Source: Macrostomum lignano
Lineage: Eukaryota
Direction: 5' to 3'
DNA: 64,000 bases
Assembly: GCA_002269645.1 (NCBI GenBank)
Contig: NIVC01000095.1
Location: 558,001 to 622,000, forward strand
The translations under genes were made by a program, and so were the position numbers. Below, one piece after another: positions 44,990 to 59,286 of this stretch. Each line of letters begins with the position of its first letter. Position 1 is the first letter of the stretch. The notes beneath the pieces are model-generated. The model saw nothing but the letters and a program-made list of their open reading frames with translations, ran no database searches and was not told the origin of the DNA.

Positions 44990-45100
44990 CTGGTTCGACT
45001 CCTGATTCACCCCATGCGGGCCAGCCTCCAAAGCACAGAGAGTGTACAAGTCTGGGATTAGACAGTCATGGTCGCTGTATTTCTAGTGGTCCATGGTTCT
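44990..45100 (+). mobile_element. SINE family A body fragment
   Basis: GATTCACCCCATGCGGGCCAGCCTCCAAAGCACAGAGAGTGTACA aligns with the revcomp of ~8500-8585. Confidence 0.55.
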
Positions 45101-45749
45101 CATATAAGTTTCACGAGTTCCCCCTTTCGGTATAAAATAGTACTCAATGTAGCTCGTACTAAAACGAGTAGTGTCACAAATAATTACCGGATGTACGCTA
45201 TAGGGAAGCTATAACTCAAGCTAAAATTACTACTACTCATGGCGAATATAACTTTTTCTGCAATAATTTTCATGGGAGTAACAAATAAAGCTTTTTGGTC
45301 GCTACTTTATCAAAGTTTAGTTTTAAGTATTCTGCAGCAATATTGAAGTCAGCCAATTGGGACAATAAATTATGAATTCACAAATACATCTATTGCTTTC
45401 GAGCTACAAGTTTACCCACCCTCGAATCGGGTTCTTCACTTCCACCTCTCTTTCCTTCCAATATCAGCCTCTTTAACTTCATCAAATAGAACTGGCCATG
45501 CAAACGCCGCGGGTTCGTGTAGGGCCAAGAAATGTACGGGCAGTGTAGTGGACCGCAGGATAGGATATCGTCAACACACCCTCAACCGCCAATCAGAGAG
45601 CCTGGAAGCGAAAAAAATATCACCTAGTTACGTATATAAATAGATAAGCGCAACCCTCTATCCGGCTGAAGTTCGCTCTAGAACGAAACGATATTATAGA
45701 CTAACAGCGCTGGACTAATAGCTGTAGAAGTGTATTGCATCCCGCGGTC

Positions 45750-46407
45750 ATGCTATTCTTCAATGTGTTAAACGTTACTTGCAATTCGGTTTTCAACGCA
45801 GCCGCTTATCAGAGTAACAACGCCTATCGACTAACCGTGCTGTGCTTGAGTGCACTTCAAGCTGTTGCTTTCATTGTTGGAGCAACTTTGAACTTGTGCG
45901 GCCTGGCAACGCTGATGCGTCACTCCGGTTTAGGCCTGGAGCTGGCGAGCCAATTCAGCAGTTTTGCTGTTGCAGACACGGCCTTCATGCTGTTTAACCT
46001 GCTGGATTCGTTTAGCCACGCTATTGAAAATGCCACGCCTTTGGAGCAGCTTCAGCCGTACATGAGCTACGTTGTCTATGCTCATCCGCTGGTGTGGATG
46101 CTGAGAACCATTGCTTATACTGTGCACAGCTGGCAGACTGTCATGCTCAGTGGTTTGAAATGCGTCCGGGTACTGCGACCGCTGACTAGCGTTAGTAAGA
46201 GACAGCTCAAGTCTCTGGTTGCCATGGTGTGGCTGTACAGTTCGGTAACTGGAGTGCCCACCGTGCTGCTGTTTCAAACGTTCACGTCCGTGTTGTACGC
46301 CAAGTGCCCTGATGGATTCAAGATTGCCAGCAGTGGCTACTACGCCTACAATGGTGGATTCGACGCGGATGTTAGCGACAATAAGACCAAGGCAATTCGA
46401 GATCAAG
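45750..46407 (+). CDS. Orphan rhodopsin-like GPCR, exon 1 (TM1-TM4)
   Basis: TM1 GATLN, TM2 FAVAD, TM4 VW..S...VP. Donor CAAG|gtgagt, phase 1. Confidence 0.82.
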
Positions 46408-46876
46408 GTGAGTGAACTATCTGTGTGCGAGTGTTATCGCGTCACCGGAGGAAATGAGGAAATTGTAAACAGAAAAGTGTCTGCGGGACTCGCGAAGCAG
46501 ATACATATGACAAAACAACTAATTTCCTTTTAACTGAGTGCTTCTCATGTTAAACATTTATTAGTTTAAGATTGTTTATTAAGGCAAACAAGGCAGACGC
46601 ATAAAAGATATTTTTACTGCCATAGAACTTTAGAAGGGGAATTATATATTCGCCAGTTGATTGCGTATGTGTGTGTAGCTTGAGGCTAATTTGTTTGTTG
46701 GGTTGCGAACTGAAGATCACGCGTTTGGGACAGTTATCTTGTTGGAACCATTTAGCCGGTTTAGAGTGCTATAACATATCAGCTAGTTACATACCTTTTT
46801 TAAATATGCAACACGGAACACCTTACATGTGCATGTTACTTACTTTTCGTGCATGCTTTAGTGCATGTTTAGTAAG

Positions 46877-47507
<631 letters not shown>

Positions 47508-47555
47508 AAACTGGTTCCTATTACTAGCACATGGATTCAATCCCATAATTCTCAG

Positions 47556-48205
47556 GATTCAGCTGGGCCTCAGTGCCGCCCGTATTCAACGCCCTGAACT
47601 CAACCGTGGTCCCAACCGCCGCCACCCTGATCTGCAATCTGCTGCTGCTGCGTCGCCTCCGTTGGCGAGCCAAACGTCTGCCTGGCGAGCAGAGCCAGCA
47701 GCAGGAGGCTGCAGCGATGAGGCAGAGCAGAGACGCCACCAGAACTGTCATGCTCTCGGTGAACTGCTTCTTGGCGTTCCAACTACCAATGGTTGTCTGG
47801 ACCCTGGTGGACACCTGGTTCTGGATGAAGCTGAAGCCTCACGTGTTCTCCCTGTTAGTGGTGCTCGCCAACACGGTTAGCCAACTGTTCTTTGCGGCGG
47901 ATTTCTCCGTCTGTCTGCTCAGCAATCGCCGGTTCCGGTTGGCCTTCCGGCGAGTAATTTTACGCCGGAGAGGCGGCCAAGATCAACCACTGGTCAGCGG
48001 AGGCACCGCGTCAGGAGGCAAGAACGCTAACGCCTGTCGGCATGCAGCCGCTGCCGCCGCCATGATGGAGGTGGTTGCTGACGGTACAACGGACGCCGAT
48101 CCGCAAGCAATTTTTGTAGTGGTTGGCAAAGACTGCGGCAGTCACTGCGACAGTCAAGAAGCCGCCAGCAACGGTGCAGTTCCGCAGGAGACAACTCAGC
48201 TTTAA
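47556..48205 (+). CDS. Orphan GPCR exon 2 (TM5-TM7, tail)
   Basis: Acceptor ttctcag|GA restores the frame. TM5 VVPT...ICN, TM6 ATRTVM..V.CFL.FQLP, TM7 followed by NRRFR helix 8. 435 aa spliced. Confidence 0.82.
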
Positions 48206-48469
48206 CTGACGCCTTTGATTGCGGGTCTGTTAGCATTGTGGTAGACTGACACCGATTTTGGTAATTGATGCCCTGCTTGTGCCATCGCTGTTCGACCTAC
48301 AGGGTGGTCCAGAGAGGTCTCCTGGGATAGCAAACTGGGTTTGCTTTGCATTTCTTAAATTATGATTCACTCATGCTCTACTGCATTTCAGCTCCATGGC
48401 TGACGCGCCAGCTGGGAGATTCAAATGATCGGATGCCGTTTTGAATATCTCATAATTATATAAATAATA

Positions 48470-48750
48470 ATTAATTAAACGCATACCTGCTCCAATCAGG
48501 CCAGATTTGCAACCGACAGCTCAGCCGCAGCTATTGCGCGGCGTATCTGAAGGCTGCGTACGGCTATTCAGTACATAGACTGGGGGCTCGCCACACATGC
48601 ACAAACACCCTTAATTACCTCACCGATATTGCTGGTAATGCAGAGTTAAGTGCCTTGCTCAAGAACGCAAATTGTTCCAGTGGGATCGGGAATCGAAACT
48701 CGACATTAAAGTCGGGAGTCCGACGCTCTAACCACTAAGGCTACAGCCCC
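48470..48750 (-). mobile_element. tRNA-derived SINE, family B
   Basis: Head GGGGCTGTAGCCTTAGTGGTTAGAGCG...GTTTCGATTCCCG (A and B boxes, broken stems), followed by TTCTTGAGCAAGGCACTTAAC, like the start of CORE/V-SINE central domains. Confidence 0.75.
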
Positions 48751-48871
48751 CTTAAAAAGTAAGACAAGACTCGTTAGCTGGTAGTTGGGAGTGCCTCTGT
48801 CGGTTGCACATCTGGCCTAATTCATGGGTCGGGTTAATTATGCACATTTTTTATCACGAGTGACTTAAAAT

Positions 48872-49191
48872 CATGGAGGAAAGAATAGAATGGAGTGCTA
48901 ATCTGAGCCAGTTATTTTTGTCTCGCTCGATCTTAACTTTTAACATCCCTTCCCCCCCCGTTCTTTCCTATTGGCTTGTGACTGCCATAGACAAAGTATT
49001 TTTCGTCTCGTTTTCGTCTTCGTTCCCCTCTGAAAGGCAAACTATTATTCTTCCCCAGCATACGAGCTCGCATCGAAATATGCTTTCAGCCAATAGGATG
49101 GAACGGGGGTAAAGGGATGTTAAAAGTTAAAATCGAGCGACATAAAAATAACTGGCTCAGATTAGCACTCCATTCTATTCTTTCCTTCATG
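48872..49191. mobile_element. 320-bp MITE, P-element-like
   Basis: ~80-bp TIRs starting CATG(G/A)AGGAAAGAATAGAATGG and a perfect 8-bp TSD CTTAAAAT (48864-48871, 49192-49199). Confidence 0.88.
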
Positions 49192-51501
49192 CTTAAAATG
49201 GCATCCGATCATCGCTCTAAGAAGTTTTAAGAAGCAGACTTGCATTGACAACAAGAGCCATCATGTTGAGCTGGGACTGACAGGTCTAACAGGGCTAAAA
49301 CACAGCTGATTAAAAATGGTTTTAAGAAAACTGCTGTTATATGTAATTCATGTTGTTTGAAGCAAGTACCAAAGATTTTTAAGTAAAAAAATACCACTAA
49401 AACAAGTTTTAAGCACGCCATCCGGGAGAGCTTTCTGGACCACCCTTGTCATGTACACGCAAGTACCCTAACTTCGGCCACAAAGTATTTTTACGATAAC
49501 AACTATAGCTGGTGGACATAACTCTTGAAAAAAATGAAAATTCTTTATTCCCTCAGACTTTGGAAGGCAATTCGTAATCCGTAGTAGCGTTTAGACTTAA
49601 ATAGACTTGAAAGCTCACAAACCAAAGTTCAAGCGAGGTAGAGACATTAAAATGAATATTTTTTATAATTTTAAACTGTTTCATATGTCCTCAAAATACC
49701 TTACCAGTGATGATGGTTCGATGTGCAATTTTAATGCTTAATTCGTCTTTGTTTTCAATTAATCGAACTTCTCTGAATGCAATTTGCGCAATTTTGCGGA
49801 TTTAATCCCGCCACCTAACACCATGTTCGAATGTAAAAATATGTTTTGCAGCCATTAAAATTTGTATTCTGCATTCCGTGGGGCACTTAAGGCCTTTTGT
49901 TAACAATTTTGTCCCGAACATAAAGTCAAGAAATTAGGTTTAAATTTTGCTTAATTTTTTTTATTGTTTGCACATTATTAAGCACCGCGGCTAAGAACAG
50001 CAAGCACTTTAAAGCGAATACATGTATTAATTGCGCCCATACCTGTTTATCAGTTCTCGCTACTTTTCAACGCTCTGACCTGTCCTTGCCCGTATGGCGA
50101 CGTGCAGGATGTCCACAGGATTGTCGTTACTTTTGCAAAATTTCCGTTTGTCAATAGTGAGCTGTGCATATTTTCTGTAACGGCAAATGCGACAATAAAC
50201 CGATGTTTAATTAACCCACCCTTGCGCAGCTACGCGTACATACGAACAAACGTACTGACACTCCTCGTGTCTCGTATTTGCTCGACAAATAACACCTGGA
50301 TTCGATTTTTACTTTTAATTTCCTGAAACAATTATCAAGCGGTCGTGGATTGGCAAATCAGCCCAGAATGCGTAGCAACTAATATAAAGTTATAATCCTG
50401 TTTGACAGTAAACCTGAAGTCTATAGTTTCAGTTTTTCACGGAGGCGCATGGTTGCTTCCCTGTATTTAATCGTGAATAAAGAAGTTCGTATTTGCATAG
50501 CAAAAAATACTGATTTTTTCGGGTTTGAATTAAAGCGACATAAATGTTAGAAGCCAACGCTTTCATTACTGCACATGCAGGGCACTTCTGCACGTGAGAA
50601 ATCTTCCATGACAAAGTGATTAAGTAAGTCCTGATAACTGCTGCCTTAAAATGGCTTCATCAAATATGCGTCACGGAATTTTTTGCTTTGAAAAAATCTT
50701 TTAAAAAGGATTTATGGCATGGTTTCTGAAGCCAAAAAAGATGCAGGTAAAAGAAGACTAGCTACATTTCGCTGCTGTGAGATTGCTATAATTTGAGTCC
50801 AATTCCAGAGCAAGTTAAAAATTGAAATCATATTTCTAAATCAATTTTATTCAAAAATTAGTACTTGCTTTTCTGCTGCATAAACAGCTATATACATGTA
50901 GCTATAATGTCTGTAAACAAAAGCTGAATGTATATCTGCTGTGCTCCATATCAAATAAGGGCTTAATACATTCTTAATTATAGCAGCTTTTAATGAATTC
51001 ATACAGCTTCTTCACAGTTCAGTGGAGCTAAGTATAGCTGTGGTCATGCTAGTTCAGCCTGTAAGGACATCTCAAATAATCTCACACAAAAGTTTTAGCT
51101 GCATGATGGCTCTTTTAATGGAGACGCAATCGAAGATTCCAAGGTTGGGCCATAGACATAGCTTTAGAGCCATGCATGCTATCGATCAACTTTGGACAAG
51201 CAAACTCAGCCAAAAAATGCAGGCTTAATTCCTTGATTCAGGTCAACCGAATCGATCTGATCATTCTGTTTTCCGAATAAAACTAGCAACAAAAGCGATC
51301 AAGTTCCAAGGCGCTTTTAGTCTCTGTGTAGGACATGCAGACGCAGCGAATTCAGCACTCAAAAATTGTAAATGCATGGCCGGCCAAGGAAGCCTCTATG
51401 CACACGAATGTCTAATAGCGTTGCTGAACGAGCAAGCCGTGTGCTTTTATCAATTGTTAATCCATAGACATCAGCTAGCGTGCAGCAATATACATGTAGG
51501 A

Positions 51502-51791
51502 TTGAGTAGTATTGTAACACGATATATATTTCTCGTGCACTAAATGACTTCAGCCAATACGCGATCACGAGCCATTTAAGCACGCTTTTACGCTCGCATT
51601 TTTCCCATATGGTACGTACATGTACTTACTGGCTCCATCGGCGTATTGTTACACGATATAAATGTGTAAAAGCGCGCATAAAACGCTAAATTGTAAGCAC
51701 GCTAAAAGCGTGCTTAAATGGTTCGTGATCGCGTATTGGCTGGAGCATTTAATGCACGAGAAATATATTATCGTGTTACAATACTACTCAA
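51502..51791. mobile_element. 290-bp foldback element with ~90-bp TIRs
   Basis: TTGAGTAGTATTGTAACACGAT...CATTTAAGCACGCTTTTA at both ends. No TSD found. Confidence 0.7.
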
Positions 51792-54700
51792 CACTTGGTT
51801 TCTTGCTTAAAACCATATTGAATCCTATATTGTATACAAAGGACATATAAGATATATACTGCAGTAGTCCTTGACTGTCTGCAACCTGACTGATAAGCAT
51901 ATTGTTGCGCGCTGAGCAGCATTATATATGGTGTTGACAATGTCTCTCCCGTCCATTTAATTTGCGAACAAATTTAACGGTTAATGTAAGTAAAATAACA
52001 AAGTTCACAGCTTTTGCAGAAATAATAGTCTTTTCGACTTTTTAGTACTTAAAAAATATAACTTTTACAAAATCATTTTACATAAGAGTTAAGTAGATTA
52101 ATGAACGATCTAAGTATCCATTGTTTGGTTTTTATTTTTTAAAATAAAACATTCTTAGAAGACACTCTTAGAATAGAGTACACTCTTTTAAGTAGTTGTG
52201 TGACTTGCACTGACACTGATTTGTGTCTACATGTGTCTCATACAAGTAACTCGTTTGTTGTTATTTATTCCGTTACTGTGTCAAAAATAAATGACAAGAC
52301 AACTTAAATCATGGTATGTCTAAGTCACCATATAGGGCCTAATAAAACATGTCACTTTAATACAAAGCTGCGACATTAACATTGTTGGTAATTTTACGCT
52401 ATTCCCTTATTCCAGTATATAGCTATATTTCAGAGTTTTTGTAGCTAGCTACTCTCAGTCTTAGTAATTTGTCGCATTAATACAACTAATAAAGTAATAT
52501 TTAGTCCTATAAAAAATGTAGGAATAATTGGGTTTTCTTATTATACCCTGTTTACGAAATAGAAAATTACTCACTTATTCCTAATCCTGATTCTAGCTCC
52601 AGGAAAGTAGGTTCTTTAGAAATTAAAAGAGTTGCTTTTATAAGAGTTGCCTTTAATAGCCTTTTGCAGAATACTAATAATAGGCCTACTAGGGGCCTAA
52701 TAGGAAAAGGACAAATTGTAAGGGATAACCTGGACAACTAATAAACAAAAGGAAACTTGTGGGCATATAATAACTAAGCTTTTTGATACATATAATTTAT
52801 AATGGTAGACTATATAGAGGGCTTATAAAATACACTTGTCTTTAGGCCAATAAAAAGTCAATATTTAGTAGGCTTTAGCCTTGCTTTGGTCTACAAGATG
52901 TTATAAATATAATCTTAAATTGCCTAATGAGAATTTTTCACATCTTTCTATACTTGTAATCATTTAAGGCCTTAATTACTAGCATAACATTCCTATTTAT
53001 TACTTACTTAGACTACCTAGCAAACAAATTAATGTTTGGTTCTTTTTTGCATTTATGTTTTTATAAATCTAGTCTTTCAAGATTGGTTTCTTGTAGTTTA
53101 TTCAATTTATTTTGTATGCAGCTAAATATGAAATAAAAATTTTATACTAAACAATCACTTAACTATCTAAATCAATTTCCTATTTAGTATTTGTCTTTTT
53201 TACATGAAATTTTGTTTTTTTAGTTGTAATTAACATTTAGCCCTAGGTATAAAAAGTTCTAACTAAAATAGAAATGAGTATAACTGTATAAGTATAATAA
53301 AAGAATATATAATTATCAGCTTATCAGCTTCATCTTAATTCCCTATAACTATATAAACTTTTAATAACTATTTAAAGTGCTTAGCCACTTTGAAACTTTA
53401 TACTTTTAAATAAACTAAAATACATTTTTATAAATGTATAAGTTATTATATTATACTCCAAGATGGAATTCTTGCACAAAAATTGCAACACATTTTTGTG
53501 TTTGGGAAAAAATTGCGAAAAATTACACAACGCAAAAAAAATTGCACACCTATACAGACTGCAAAAAATGCGACAAAAATTGTGAATTTTTTTGCGACTG
53601 TTTGCACAGTTTAAATTACTGGCTTTACTGTATTAAATGTAGAATTATTACAAAAACGTAACATTTATAGTTCGTTATTTACAAACTGTTCAAATAAAAA
53701 ATTTTCTACTTAAAGAAACAAAGATAATCAGTCTAATATTTATTGTAACGAGTCGTCAAAAAATGAGAGTATGAGACTATCGCAAAAAATTATTTTGACA
53801 ATTGGTAATGCTAAAAATTGTGCCATTAAATTTTGTTTTAGATTGTAAAAATTGTGTTTGGTTCAGTATGGAATTGCGCATTGATAAAAAGTCGCAATTT
53901 TCCATTTTATATGCCAGATGCAAGAATTCTATGCTGGATGATACTTATAGAAGCATAGCAGTGATTACAAATAAATATCTTTTAATGTTGATAAAATAAA
54001 TAATTATTAAGCATTTTAAAGTTTCTATTATTTAGCAAGAAAAGAAGCTATCAATAATGCTTTATAAATATTATAAAATATATCTGTAATATTCAATGCC
54101 TATCAACTTGATTGCATTCCCTAATAAGTCTTCACTTTGCACCTGGTATCTAGTGTGTCTAAGAAAATTTGGCAAGTGCAATGTAAGCAGATGTATACAT
54201 TCATTCAGTGGCAATATTAATATGGGTTATATGCTCATATGAAATCTAAGATTAGTGGCTAAGATGATAAGATGAATCTTTAAATTCTTTGCCACCTCTC
54301 TCTAGGGGGGGGGGGGTATAAACTACATTGTCAATCACAGCGCAGCCTATTTGGAGCCTAGCTGTGAATGTCATGGAAGATTGATGCCTTGCTGCACACT
54401 AGGACTAGACCACTGGCTGATAGCAGACTAATTAGATGAGAAGTTGTTTGTCTATCTAAATAAAATTATAGTTACTCCCACCATTTACCTTGTTGCACAT
54501 GCACATAACTTTCTCTTTTGCATGGAAGTGCCAAAGCCACTTTTTCCTATAGGCTAGTATATGTGCAAACCTTTGAAGTATCATTGTGTGTCGCCTGTAG
54601 CTTTTTTGATTCTATTCCAATAGGGATTATCTTTTCATTCTTTTTTCTCCTTTTACCCCCTCCTCTCCTCTCTTCTCGTGAAGTCAAGGTAACTCCTGAA

Positions 54701-55293
54701 AGCCCCCTAAATTTTTTGCAGTCTAGCCTTTGTTGATAGTGGCAAATGCTGGATGGCCTCATTGGCTTCATTCATCTTTACTCAGGCCCCAATATCCCAA
54801 CCACAAAGTGCATATGGTGTTAAAAATCTGTGCTTTAGTCCCCAACCCCAGGGACTTGAGAGCTCACCTCAGAAGCTTTGAAACTGCATGGCAACATTCA
54901 TTAATTTTTTTAACTTTTCTACTCTACTCCCACCCATCAAACCCATGGCTCAGATGGTCTCAAGTCTTCCAAGTTATTGATGGCCTAGGGAGCTAGTCAG
55001 CTAGATATGGAAAATATGTGTTCCCATAACTGTATCTGTATCCATATGTTCTGTCTAAAAGCTTCATATCCATAACTAAATCTGTAGCTGTAGCCTGTAT
55101 CCTGTTCATGTAAAATGTATTATAAATCCTATGCTTAATAATTTCTTATAGTCATAATACTTGTCATCACAGTCAGTCTTTAATATTATGTGTTACATGT
55201 TAAATATAGAATAGGTATAATATCTGTTCAATCTACAAAGTCAGATTTATCTGCGTTTCAGTCCAGGTTGCCAACTTCAAGCACAGCCACCCA

Positions 55294-55949
55294 ATGGAGT
55301 ACTGGGGGCTTAATAAAATTATTCGCCATACTGACCTACTGGCAACTGCACTTCTAATAGTTACTATAGTAGAATTTAGACCAGCACTGTGCCAACAAGC
55401 TCTAGATCTTAATGCACAGAACCTATTGGCAGTGGAACTTTTGCAACCATCTGACGCGGCAACAGTAGCAGCAGTTCATGGCTGTCAAGTCGTTCGACAT
55501 TTAAATCTTATCAACCATTTCGCCTTGATGCGGTGCAGTCGGTTAGGAATCAATAAAAAATATAAGAATAATGATAATACTACTAATCGAATAACACATC
55601 GAATCCGTCGACACGCTTTAGTAGTTTGGGCCGAGCCTCAAGTTGCTAAGCAACGAGTGAAGCGAGATTTCGGTACCACCATCAGTGCGGATTATTTATT
55701 TTTTAACGATCCGTTCTATTCTCAACAGTGGTATTTACAGTCTGGAGCATTGGGCGGCCACGATCTGGATGTGAGGTCAGTCTGGTCTATGGGCTACAGT
55801 GGCAAAGGACTTGTTGTTAGCATACTGGACGATGGCATTGAGCATTGGCATAGCGATCTTAAGGACAACTATGACCCGGATGCTAGCTACGATATTAATG
55901 GTCACGATGCAGATCCGGCACCTAGGGACACGCCTACTAATGTGAATCG
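55294..55949 (+). CDS. Proprotein convertase (kexin/S8B; PC5/PACE4/furin-like), exon 1
   Basis: Signal-like region, prodomain ending RVKR, FNDP..QQWYL, catalytic Asp in ILDDGIE, NYDPDASYD. Donor CG|gttagt, phase 2. Confidence 0.9.
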
Positions 55950-56354
55950 GTTAGTGAATATTATTTAGTTATTGATTAACATCTGGGATACCAGAGTAAA
56001 TTTTCTAATCAATTTCATAGATAGATACGGACAAACCATTTTTAGTATAGTGGATGGACTAGCAATCTGCGCCCCCCGTTGCGTTTTTTGAGTAAACTAC
56101 ATATAGGTTTTGGCCTTGTACAGTTTCGCTAGTATACTAAGGAAATTGATGTTTAAAGCAACAAAGCATCTGCCCTGAAAGCCAGCCATGGCTTAACCCA
56201 ACTCTCCATGTCATCTGCTTTTGGCTTGGCCTTACCGTTACCAACAACTTAGGAACGGGTTTGGCAACTCCCCTCCTCCATAAGCCACAGCATTTCAGCA
56301 ATCCCCTCAGGAGTTTTGGCACCTCAGAAATTCCCCTCCCCGTGAGCAACTCTC

Positions 56355-57285
56355 AGCAATCCCCCCATTTGAGTCCTTGCCAATCTAAGCAATTCCTCCC
56401 CATTTGAGTCCTTGCCAATCTGAGCATTTCCTCCCCATTTGAGTCCTTGCCAATCTGAGAATTCCCCCCCCCATTTGAGTCCTTGCCAATCTGAGCATTT
56501 CCTCCCCATTTGAGTCCTTGCCAATCTGAGAATTCCCCCCCCCCATTTGAGTCCTTGCCAATCTGAGCATTTCCTCCCCATTTGAGTCCTTGCCAATCTG
56601 AGCAATTCCTCCCCATTTGAGTCCTTGCCAATCTGAGCAATTCCTCCCCATTTGAGTCCTTGCCAATCTGAGCAATTCCTCCCCATTTGAGTCCTTGCCA
56701 ATCTGAGCAATTCCTCCCCATTTGAGTCCTTGCCAATCTGAGCATTTCCTCCCCATTTGAGTCCTTGCCAATCTGAGAATCCCCCCCCATTTGAGTCCTT
56801 GCCAATCTGAGAATTCCCCCCCATTTGAGTCCTTGCCAATCTGAGAATTCCCGCCCCCCATTTGAGTCCTTGCCAATCTGAGCAATTCCTCCCCATTTGA
56901 GTCCTTGCCAATCTGAGCATTTCCTCCCCATTTGAGTCCTTGCCAATCTGAGAATCCCCCCCCATTTGAGTCCTTGCCAATCTGAGAATTCCCCCCCCAT
57001 TTGAGTCCTTGCCAATCTGAGCAATTCCTCCCCATTTGAGTCCTTGCCAATCTGAGCAATTCCTCCCCATTTGAGTCCTTGCCAATCTGAGCAATTCCTC
57101 CCCATTTGAGTCCTTGCCAATCTGAGCAATTCCTCCCCATTTGAGTCCTTGCCAATCTGAGCAATTCCTCCCCATTTGAGTCCTTGCCAATCTGAGCAAT
57201 TCCTCCCCATTTGACTCCTTGACAATTTGAGTAATCCCCCCATTTGAGTCCTCGACAATCTGAGTAATTCCCCCACTCAAATTCC
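56355..57285. repeat. 35-bp minisatellite CCCCATTTGAGTCCTTGCCAATCTGAGCAATTCCT
   Basis: About 26 units, in convertase intron 1. Confidence 0.96.
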
Positions 57286-57393
57286 CCCACATAAGAAGCC
57301 TTGCTAATATGAGCAAATAAAACACGGGATCTGCTGAGCACTGCATTTTTACTAGTGCAGTTGTATCGCATTGTTATTTCCGCCATACCGCAG

Positions 57394-57482
57394 TCACGGC
57401 ACCCGCTGCGCTGGTGAAGTGGCCGCCACGGCTAACAACGGAGTCTGCTCTGTCGGCATCGCCTTTGACGCTCGAATTGGGG
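57394..57482 (+). CDS. Convertase exon 2 (catalytic His)
   Basis: [26 protein letters not shown], phase 2/1. Confidence 0.95.
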
Positions 57483-57572
57483 GTGAGTGGACAGCCAGGG
57501 CCGTTAGGGTGACCTCAGCTCATCGCTCAGTCATTGAACTCTTGACTCCAGTTCACCCTTCTCCTCTCGCAG

Positions 57573-57745
57573 GCGTCAGGATGCTGGACGGCCCCATCAC
57601 GGACAGTGTGGAAGCAGAGTCGCTAAGCCACAATCAGGGCCACATTGACATTTATTCAGCGTCCTGGGGTCCGGACGATGATGGCCGGACAGTGGACGGG
57701 CCTGGCCGGTTGGCTAAACAGGCTTTTCTGAAGGGCGTCAGTTCG
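57573..57745 (+). CDS. Convertase exon 3
   Basis: [14 protein letters not shown]...[20 protein letters not shown], phase 1/0. Confidence 0.95.
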
Positions 57746-57859
57746 GTGAGTGCGTTTGTGTTGCAGTGTTGGGGATTTTGTTATCTAATGTATTTTTGGT
57801 AGCATTGGCTGGTTGCGTTCGTTGATTCTTTAATAGAAAATTATTATCAAATCGATTTA

Positions 57860-58277
57860 TCTTTTGATTAATTCATTTGATTGGTTAATTGATTGACTGA
57901 TTGATTCATTTTTAATTAATTAATTGATTGATTGATTTTTTATTAATTTATTTATTAATTTGTTTGATTAATTGATTGGTTGCAGATTGATTGATTGATT
58001 TATTGTATAATGGATTGATTGATTGAACTGATTGATTGAATAATTGATTGTTCGATTGATTGAATTGATTGATTGAATAATGAATTGATTGATTGAACTG
58101 ATTGATTGGTTGAACTGATTGATTGGTTGAACTGATTTATTGATTGAACTGATTTATTGAATAATGGATTGATTGATTGATTGAACTGATTTATTGAATA
58201 ATGGATTGATTGATTGATTGAACTGATTTATTGAATAATGGATTGATTGATTGATTGAACTGATTGATTGGATAATG

Positions 58278-58309
<32 letters not shown>

Positions 58310-58441
58310 AACTGATTGTTTGATTGATCGATTGATTGATTGATTGATTGAATAATGGATTGTTTGATTGATTGATTGATTGATTGATTAACTGATTGTT
58401 TGATTGATCGATTGATTGATTGATTGATTGATTGAATAATG

Positions 58442-58480
<39 letters not shown>

Positions 58481-58541
58481 CGATTGATTGATTGAATAAT
58501 GGATTGATTGATCGATTGATTGATTGATTGATTGAATAATG

Positions 58542-58577
<36 letters not shown>

Positions 58578-58815
58578 AACTGATTGTTTGATTGATCGAT
58601 TGATTGATTGATTGATTGAATAATGGATTGATTGATTGATTGATTGATTTTTTATTAACTAATTGATTGATTGATTGAATATTGGATTGTTCGATTGATC
58701 GAATTAATTTATTGAACAATTGATTGATCGATTGATTGAATTGATTGATTGAATAATAGATTGTTCGATTGATTGAATGATTTTTTATTAACTAATTTAT
58801 TGATTGATTGATTTA
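57860..58815. repeat. (TTGA)n-based compound microsatellite
   Basis: Directly visible. Confidence 0.95.
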
Positions 58816-59286
58816 AAAAATAATTATTCGAATGGAAATACAAAGTATCTTGAAGTTTTGACCGTACATATTCAATAGAATAATCGAAATATTTACTGAT
58901 GAGAAATAGATTCAATATAAATGATGGATACATAAAAACTATTGAATATACATCATATTCACTAAAGTTTACAAGTAAACAGACCAGCAGTGTGATTACC
59001 TTTAACTGCATTTTATGGTGCCGTTGCCTTCACACATCAATTTTAAATTGGGTTTCCCTGCCACAATTCAATAGTTCCAATTGGAATGCACTGGGCTTGC
59101 CCTCATCCTGTCTATATAGTGCTGCTTCTAAATAATTAATGACTAATTTTATGTAGGCAATATAGTAGTCACTTGTACTTGGCTGCAGTCATTGTGCAAT
59201 GCAACTTCATGTATTGAGTTTTTGTTGCTCATAAAGTTACTTCTATTGTGGGTATAGTTTTACTAGGCAGTTCTACTCATCTACGC

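Noticed and set aside
48680-48750. Functional tRNA gene
   Set aside because: The anticodon, T and acceptor stems do not pair, and it is followed by a SINE-like body.
53452-53945. Possible MITE (GAATTCTTGCA inverted ends)
   Set aside because: Only about 20 bp of imperfect inverted match in very AT-rich DNA, with no convincing TSD.
56324-57386. Three 300+ aa ORFs with WQGLKWGG repeats
   Set aside because: They come from a 35-bp intronic minisatellite; homopolymer length changes break any fixed frame.
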